Source: an uncultured Actinomycetes bacterium
Lineage (GTDB): Bacteria; Actinomycetota; UBA4738; HRBIN12
NCBI GenBank assembly: GCA_963704725.1
Contig: OY969934.1
Location: forward strand, 1,024,001-1,088,000
Direction of reading: 5' to 3'
DNA: 64,000 bases
The notes beneath the pieces were generated by a model. It did no database searches, was not told the origin of the DNA, and was given only the letters and a program-made list of their open reading frames with translations. Positions within the stretch are counted from its first letter, which is position 1. Every line of letters starts with the position of its first letter. The translations under genes were made by a program, and so were the position numbers. Shown piece by piece: positions 58,272 through 64,000 of the stretch.

Positions 58272-58778
58272 ATGCCCCGCAACGCCGAACGCGGCGACAT
58301 CGGTCTGCCGCTGGTCATCGTGATGGCGGTCGTCGCCGCGATGGCGTGGATCGTCCCCACGGTCTTCCTGGGGCACGAGGAGGCGGACAACGCCGCCGCC
58401 ATCGTCGGAACCTCGGACCACCGAGGCTCGGCCGGGGCGTCGGGTGCGGCTCCCGAGGCGCCGGTCGACAGGGCGAACGACGTGCAGGGCCAGGCCACGC
58501 TCACCGAGGGGATCCGCGTCGCACAGATGTACTTCGCGGAGCAGGGCGGCTACGAGGGGTTCACGCCGCAGGCCGCGTCCGCGCTCGAGCCGGCGGTCAC
58601 CTTCACCGGCGGCCCGGCCGCCCCCGGGACGGTGAGCATCCGCGGCGTCACCGCGACCACGGTCGTGCTGGTGACGGCCACGGGCCGAGGGGTCCTCTGC
58701 GCGGCGGCCGAGTCGAGCAACGTGACGTTCGGGCGCTCCGACGCGCAGGCGCCCGCGCAGTGCACCGGCGGCTGGTGA
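58272..58778 (+). CDS. Pilin-like protein
   Basis: ERG followed by a hydrophobic helix, DVQGQATL..AQMYF, C-terminal Cys pair. Confidence 0.5.
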   Translation: MPRNAERGDIGLPLVIVMAVVAAMAWIVPTVFLGHEEADNAAAIVGTSDHRGSAGASGAAPEAPVDRANDVQGQATLTEGIRVAQMYFAEQGGYEGFTPQAASALEPAVTFTGGPAAPGTVSIRGVTATTVVLVTATGRGVLCAAAESSNVTFGRSDAQAPAQCTGGW

Positions 58779-58900
58779 GGCTCACCCTCCCGGCGGCCGA
58801 GGTTCCCGGCGCTCCTATCCGGGTCACCCGGGTCCGCCGCCTCGAAGCCGAACCTCGTCTCCCTCGCAACGATCGCGGAGGCCGGCCGTAGGCTTTCGCC

Positions 58901-59644
58901 ATGCGCATCGACGAGCGTGAGCCGGCGCCGCTGTCGCGCCGGACGCTCGCCGAGGAGGTCCTGGTCGTCCTGTCGCTCTCGCTGCTGGCGAGCGCGGTCT
59001 TCGCCGTCCTCAGCTTCCTCGAGGCGCCGCTGAAGGGCCAGACCGTCGTCACGGTCAACCAGAACCCGCACATCGAGCAGCAGGTGTTCCGGGTCCTGTT
59101 CGGCTTCGCGCCGGTGTGGCTCGTGACCTATCTGGTCCGCAGGGACGGCGGGCGCCTCGAGAGCCTCGGCCTGGCACTGGACCGTCCCGGGGAGGACCTC
59201 CTGCGCGGGCTGGCGCTGTTCGCCGTGGTCGCGATCGGCGGGATCGGGGTGTACCTGGGAGCGGTCGAGCTCGGGGTGAACCGGTTCGTCGTGCCGGTGC
59301 CGCCGCTCGGGCACTGGTGGACGGTGCCGGTCCTGGTCCTCGTGGCGACGCAGGCGGCGCTGCTCGAGGAGGTCGTCGTCGTCGCCTACCTGGTGACGCG
59401 GCTGCGGCAGCTCGGTCTCACGGAGGTGGCCGCGATCGGCGCGAGCGCGCTGCTCCGGGGGACGTATCACCTGTACCAGGGATGGGGCGGATTCGCCGGC
59501 AACCTGGCGATGGGACTCCTGTTCGGGCTCTTCTTCGTCCGCACGCGGAGGGCGTGGCCGATCGTCGCCGCGCATCTCCTCCTCGACGTCGGCGCCGGCG
59601 TGGGGTACATCCTGTTCCGAGAGCGCCTCCCCGGATTCTCCTGA
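58901..59644 (+). CDS. CPBP (CAAX protease-like) intramembrane metalloprotease
   Basis: LLEEVV, RGTYHLYQG, AH..LD. Confidence 0.88.
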   Translation: MRIDEREPAPLSRRTLAEEVLVVLSLSLLASAVFAVLSFLEAPLKGQTVVTVNQNPHIEQQVFRVLFGFAPVWLVTYLVRRDGGRLESLGLALDRPGEDLLRGLALFAVVAIGGIGVYLGAVELGVNRFVVPVPPLGHWWTVPVLVLVATQAALLEEVVVVAYLVTRLRQLGLTEVAAIGASALLRGTYHLYQGWGGFAGNLAMGLLFGLFFVRTRRAWPIVAAHLLLDVGAGVGYILFRERLPGFS

Positions 59645-59742
59645 TCCGATCCCCCGTCCGGGGCAACTTAGGCCTTTCGATGGATGCGGTCGCATCACCC
59701 GCCGGAGCTACACTCGCCCAGCAGGTCGGGAAGGACGCGGGG

Positions 59743-60213
59743 ATGGCTTCACTGCTCGAGTACCTCCAGGGGCGGGGACAGGTGTTCACCGTCATCCCCC
59801 ACGGCGGATCCGCGGGTGGAGCCCGCGCCGGACGACTCCAGCGGGCGGCGCTGGCCAAGACGATCGTCGTCTTCGCCGGCGATGGGCCCGCCGTGATCGT
59901 GGTCCCCGCCACGTCGACGCTCGAGCTGCCGCTGGTGGCCGAGGCGGTCGGGGACCCCGACGCGCGGCTCGCCACACCGTGGGAGCTGGAGCGTTGGTTC
60001 CCCGACTACGAGCCGGGTGCGCTCCCGCCGCTCTCGATGCTCCTGCTGGTTCCGATGTACGTCGATCCCGCGGTGATCGAGCGCGACGAGGTCGTGTTCG
60101 CGGCGGGCCGCAAGGACATCTCGATCAAGATGTCCACGCGCGACCTGTTCGGCAACGACCCGATCGTGATCGCCCCGCTGACCTCCGAGAGCCGTGTCGC
60201 CGCCTCGACCTAG
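59743..60213 (+). CDS. YbaK/EbsC family protein
   Basis: LAKTIVV, RLAT..E...FPDYEPGALPP. Confidence 0.82.
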   Translation: MASLLEYLQGRGQVFTVIPHGGSAGGARAGRLQRAALAKTIVVFAGDGPAVIVVPATSTLELPLVAEAVGDPDARLATPWELERWFPDYEPGALPPLSMLLLVPMYVDPAVIERDEVVFAAGRKDISIKMSTRDLFGNDPIVIAPLTSESRVAAST

Positions 60214-60563
60214 GCCTCCTGCGGGTTGCCGGGGGTCGGTCGTTCCCGGCGCCGTCGCCGAACCTCGTCGTCCTGGGGGGCCTCGGCGTCCCCTCGGTCG
60301 GCATGCGTCCCCGCGACGCGGTCGATCCGCACGCGGGAAGGAGCTCAGAGCGCCGCTCCGCGGGACCGCGGCTCGGAGATGGCGAGCGAGCCCGCGAGCC
60401 CGCGACCTGGGTCCTCCGTCGATCCGCCGACGGTGCCTTCGCACCACGGCGCCCTCGCCGGGGGCGCCTCCGTCGGCTCGCTCCGGCCCCCGGAGCGGAC
60501 GGCGGCTCTCGTTCCACGCCTGAGGGCGGCCCTGCCCGATCCTGCCCGAGCTCGGGGGCGCGG

Positions 60564-62084
60564 TCAGCTCCAGCTCGGGAACCAGGCGCGGAGCTTCCAG
60601 CCGGCGTCGGAGATGGGTCCCCCGGTCAGGACCGGCCAGAACCAGACGAACAGGCCCACGGCCACGACCACGAAGCCGATCGCGACGGGGACGTACGGAC
60701 GAACGGAGCGGACGCCGTTCGCCGTCGACGGCAGGCCTTGGAGCCGGATCTCGGACAGTCGCTTCAGCGCGAGCACGCAGGCCAGCACGAAGAAGGGCGT
60801 GATCGGCGTGGCGTAGAACAGGAACTGGGGCCGGGAGACGAGGAACCAGGGGAGGTACAGGCCCGCGATCGCCACGACGGCGAACCCCGCCCGCCAGTCC
60901 CGATCCTGAATCCACAGGTACGCGACGTACGGGATCGACAGGAGGGCGCCCCAGAAGATCGCCGGGTTCCCGTTCGTGTAGATGACCTGCCGCAGGCCGT
61001 TCTCGTAGTGCGCGTAGTACAGGACCGGCCGGTACAGGAGGATCCACTTCCACGCCTGGGAGAGGTACGCGTGCACGGGCTCTCCGGTCGCCGGGTCGGT
61101 CGTCTGCAGGTGTCGGTGGTAGTCGAAGATCGCGGCCTGGAGGTGGGACCACTCGCGAAGGCTCCAGCCGAAATGGGCGAACCACCCCACGTACGACGCC
61201 ACGTAGACGAGGGCGGGAACGACGACGAAGGCCAGCACCAGGCCGAACCCCTCGGCCGGGATCGACTCGAGGATCGGCCGGCCCGACCCGGACCGCCGCC
61301 GGCGCGTGACCTCCCAGATGAAGGACAGCGCCACCACGGCGGCGATCGCGGTGAGGGCCGACCACTTGGTGGCGAACCCGGCGCCGAGCGCCGCTCCGGC
61401 GGCGAAGCGCCAGGGGCGCCACAGCGGTGACGGCGCCCGCCCGGCGGGCTCGGGCGCCGGGGGCAGCGCCGCCTCGGGATCCGGGGCGCCCGCGGCGGGC
61501 GCGGCGTCGACGGGCGCCGGCTGCGCGTGCGGTCCCGCCCGCTCCGCGGTCCGGCGTTCGATCCACCGCCGGTCGAGCAGGAGGAGCACGAACCCGAGGA
61601 CGATCCAGAACGTGACGAAGATGTCGAGCATCGCCGTGCGCGACTGCACGAAGTTCATGCTCTCCACGGCGAGGAGCAGCCCGCCGGTGAACGTCCAGAT
61701 CGGACTGCCGAACAGGAGCTGCACGATGACGGCGAGGAGCATCACTGAGGCGGTCCCCGTCACGGCGCTCGAGACCCGCCAGCCGTAGGAGCCGGTTCCG
61801 GACACGAGCTCGCCCGCCGCGATCATCCACTTGCCGAGGGGGGGGTGGACCCACGCGCCCGTGTCGTTCCGGTTCTCGCGCCAGTACCGCTCGTCGGAGC
61901 TGTTGACGTCGCAGCGGTCGTCCGAGTAGCCGAGGTAGATGCACGCCGACTTCGAGTAGTAGTACTCGTCGAAGATGCGACGCTGCGGATAGCCGAGGTG
62001 GGTGAAGCGGAGCGCGCCGGCGATCAGCCCGACCGCGAGGACGGCCACGATCGGCCGATCGAGCTTGCGGAGCAGCGGGAACAT
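60564..62084 (-). CDS. pmt: Protein O-mannosyltransferase (GT39)
   Basis: FDEYYY, VHPPLGKWMI, SRTAMLD, KWS. Confidence 0.9.
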   Translation of the reverse strand: MFPLLRKLDRPIVAVLAVGLIAGALRFTHLGYPQRRIFDEYYYSKSACIYLGYSDDRCDVNSSDERYWRENRNDTGAWVHPPLGKWMIAAGELVSGTGSYGWRVSSAVTGTASVMLLAVIVQLLFGSPIWTFTGGLLLAVESMNFVQSRTAMLDIFVTFWIVLGFVLLLLDRRWIERRTAERAGPHAQPAPVDAAPAAGAPDPEAALPPAPEPAGRAPSPLWRPWRFAAGAALGAGFATKWSALTAIAAVVALSFIWEVTRRRRSGSGRPILESIPAEGFGLVLAFVVVPALVYVASYVGWFAHFGWSLREWSHLQAAIFDYHRHLQTTDPATGEPVHAYLSQAWKWILLYRPVLYYAHYENGLRQVIYTNGNPAIFWGALLSIPYVAYLWIQDRDWRAGFAVVAIAGLYLPWFLVSRPQFLFYATPITPFFVLACVLALKRLSEIRLQGLPSTANGVRSVRPYVPVAIGFVVVAVGLFVWFWPVLTGGPISDAGWKLRAWFPSWS

Positions 62085-62127
62085 CCGGCCGATGGTACGG
62101 CAGGGGTGGGCGTTCGTCGGGAGCGTC

Positions 62128-62550
62128 TCACCGGGGCGCCCGGTCCTTGAGGCGGACGACGAACTGCAGCCCCTGGAAGACGTCGTCGATCGCCGCGGAC
62201 TTGTTGTCCACGAGCCCGGCGTCCAGTCCCACGCGTTGCACGTCCTCGAACGTCAGGTCGGTCGGCACGCCGGAGGCCCGCTTCGGCCAGGCCACCCACA
62301 GCCGGCCCGCCGGATCCAGCGCCCGGGCCAATGAGGTGAACCGTCGAAGGAGCTCGGCGCGCCGGGTGGTGAAGAGCACCACGACGTCGAGGGGGCCCCG
62401 GACACGGTCGCGCATCTCGACGCCGCCCGGCAACGGAGCGAGCGCGAAACCCTCCGGCGCTGCCAGCACGAGCACGCGCGAGCCCTCACGCACTCCGAGC
62501 TTCTTCGGGAGCGGGGTCGCCGAGTAGTCGGCGTGACCCTTCGGAGACAT
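62128..62550 (-). CDS. DUF3052-like protein
   Basis: YSATPLPKKLG, WVAWPKRASGV, GLVDNK. Confidence 0.75.
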   Translation of the reverse strand: MSPKGHADYSATPLPKKLGVREGSRVLVLAAPEGFALAPLPGGVEMRDRVRGPLDVVVLFTTRRAELLRRFTSLARALDPAGRLWVAWPKRASGVPTDLTFEDVQRVGLDAGLVDNKSAAIDDVFQGLQFVVRLKDRAPR

Positions 62551-62624
62551 GGAGGGGACTCTAGCGCCCGGGTCTACGCCGTTCGGCGGTGTGCGCCCGA
62601 GACGAAGCGTGCGAGCATCGACAC

Positions 62625-63449
62625 GTGAGCGGACGGCTGTATCTCGTTGGGACGCCGATCGGCAATCTCGGCGATCTCTCCGACCGTGCGCGCGAGACCC
62701 TCGAGTCCGCCGAGATCGTTGCAGCGGAAGATACTCGAAGGACCGGCCGATTGCTGGCGCACCTCGGGATCAAACGGCCGATGCTCTCGCTGTTCGAGGG
62801 GAACGAGCGCGAGCGGACGAAGCAGCTGCTGGCGCGCCTCCGCGAGGGGAAGGACGTCGCGCTCGTGACCGACGCCGGGATGCCGTCGATCTCCGATCCG
62901 GGATTCGTGCTCGTCCGCGCCTGTGTGGAGGAGGGGATCGACGTCCGGGTCGTCCCCGGACCGTCCGCCGTGACCGCGGCGCTGGCCGTGTCCGGACTGC
63001 CCGTCGACCGGTTCGTGTTCGAGGGATTCCTCCCGCGCCGCGCGGGCGAGCGCCGCCAGCGGCTTCGCGCCCTGGCCCACGACCCGCGAACGGTGGTCGT
63101 GTTCGAGTCGCCGGTCCGCGTGGCGACGCTGCTGCGCGACGTGCTCGTCGAGCTGGGGGACCGGCGGATGGCGCTCGCACGGGAGCTCACCAAGCTCCAC
63201 GAGGAGGTCGTCAGGGGCCGCGTGGCCGAGGTCCTCGCCCGCCTGGCCGACTCCGAGCCCAGGGGCGAGGTGGTCGTGGTGATCGAGGGCCGTCAGGAGG
63301 AGGACGACGACGACCTCCCGGGGATGGTCGCGGAGGCCCGTCACCTCGTGAACGGCGGCATGCGCAAGCGGGAGGCCGCCTCGACCGTCGCCCGCCGCCG
63401 CAACGCCAGCGCCAACGTGATCTACGAGGCGCTGGTCCGGGGGAGCTGA
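62625..63449 (+). CDS. rsmI: 16S rRNA C1402 2'-O-methyltransferase
   Basis: TPIGNLGD, AEDTRRT, DAGMPSISDPG, ARELTKLHEE. Confidence 0.96.
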   Translation: MSGRLYLVGTPIGNLGDLSDRARETLESAEIVAAEDTRRTGRLLAHLGIKRPMLSLFEGNERERTKQLLARLREGKDVALVTDAGMPSISDPGFVLVRACVEEGIDVRVVPGPSAVTAALAVSGLPVDRFVFEGFLPRRAGERRQRLRALAHDPRTVVVFESPVRVATLLRDVLVELGDRRMALARELTKLHEEVVRGRVAEVLARLADSEPRGEVVVVIEGRQEEDDDDLPGMVAEARHLVNGGMRKREAASTVARRRNASANVIYEALVRGS

Positions 63450-64000
63450 TGGTGGCGCCGAGCCTCCCCCCGCCCCCGCCGGGTCTCCCCTCCCCGCCGA
63501 TGCCGGCCCCGCCTCCGGGGGCGGGTCGCCGTGGCGGGGCGTGGGGCCCGAGGGTGATGGTGGCGCTCGGGATCGCGCTCCTCGTGGCCCTCGTGGTGGG
63601 CAACGACGGCCTCGGCTCGTCCGTTCAACGTGACCGGGACGCCTCGGAGCGCGACGCCTACTCCTTCGTGGGGGAGACGGCGGCCGGCGCTCCCTATCGG
63701 TGGGACCCGTGCTCGCCGATCCGCTACCAGGTCGACCTGGCCGGGATGCCGGAATCCACGCTCGACGACGTCCGCGAGGCGGTTCGGCTGACGTCGGAGG
63801 CCTCGGGGCTGGCGTTCGAGTTCGACGGGCTCGTCCAGGGCACGTCTCCCGCGGACCTCGTCCGCACGATGGACTTCGTGGCGATCGGCGGGGACGGCTC
63901 GGCGGTGTGGTCGCCGGTGCTGATCACGTTCGGCTCCGAGGCGCTCCTGCGGAGCCTGGACGTCACCGACGCGGCCGGCGTGGCGTTCCCCGTGACGAGC
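63449..64000 (+). CDS. Partial membrane-anchored protein, possibly matrixin-like (runs off the window)
   Basis: Read by hand from ATG 63449: Pro-rich region, TM helix, PYRWDPCSPIRYQV; no catalytic motif within the window. Confidence 0.55.
   Translation, partial: MVAPSLPPPPPGLPSPPMPAPPPGAGRRGGAWGPRVMVALGIALLVALVVGNDGLGSSVQRDRDASERDAYSFVGETAAGAPYRWDPCSPIRYQVDLAGMPESTLDDVREAVRLTSEASGLAFEFDGLVQGTSPADLVRTMDFVAIGGDGSAVWSPVLITFGSEALLRSLDVTDAAGVAFPVTS

Overview
Very GC-rich bacterial chromosomal DNA, Actinomycetota-like (inferred from GC content, the pmt/DUF3052/rsmI neighbourhood and actinophage-type proteins). (1) 1 to ~5.7 kb is the right-hand part of a phage-satellite-like element: SWIM protein, P27-type small terminase, HK97-fold major capsid, HTH proteins and two structured or tRNA-like non-coding blocks. 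(2) 5.8-13.3 kb holds metabolic genes (tag, mmsA, class III aminotransferase, YceI, nitrilase) and a c-di-GMP-I riboswitch before a CAP-domain gene. (3) 13.3-30.4 kb holds two divergent molybdo-flavoprotein clusters: a form I CO dehydrogenase (AYRCSFR) with cydAB inserted directly before coxG, and a form II-like cluster (AYRGAGR) with coxDE. (4) 34.19-44.94 kb is a complete 10,747-bp serine-integrase element inserted at TACGAG inside a class I aminotransferase gene. It carries a diverged copy of that gene's promoter and 5' end, an HK97 prohead protease, a small terminase, an SF4/AAA helicase with an iteron-like region, a degenerate Doc/RHH pair and HEPN-like cargo. As sequenced, the replacement 5' copy is 1 nt short at attR: the host gene is intact only after excision, and in the excised circle the copy reads in frame into the integrase. 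A sequencing error at this site cannot be excluded. (5) 45.7-64 kb holds glcDE, a sugar ABC operon with kinases and housekeeping genes. All protein calls are by-eye motif recognition; no searches were run.
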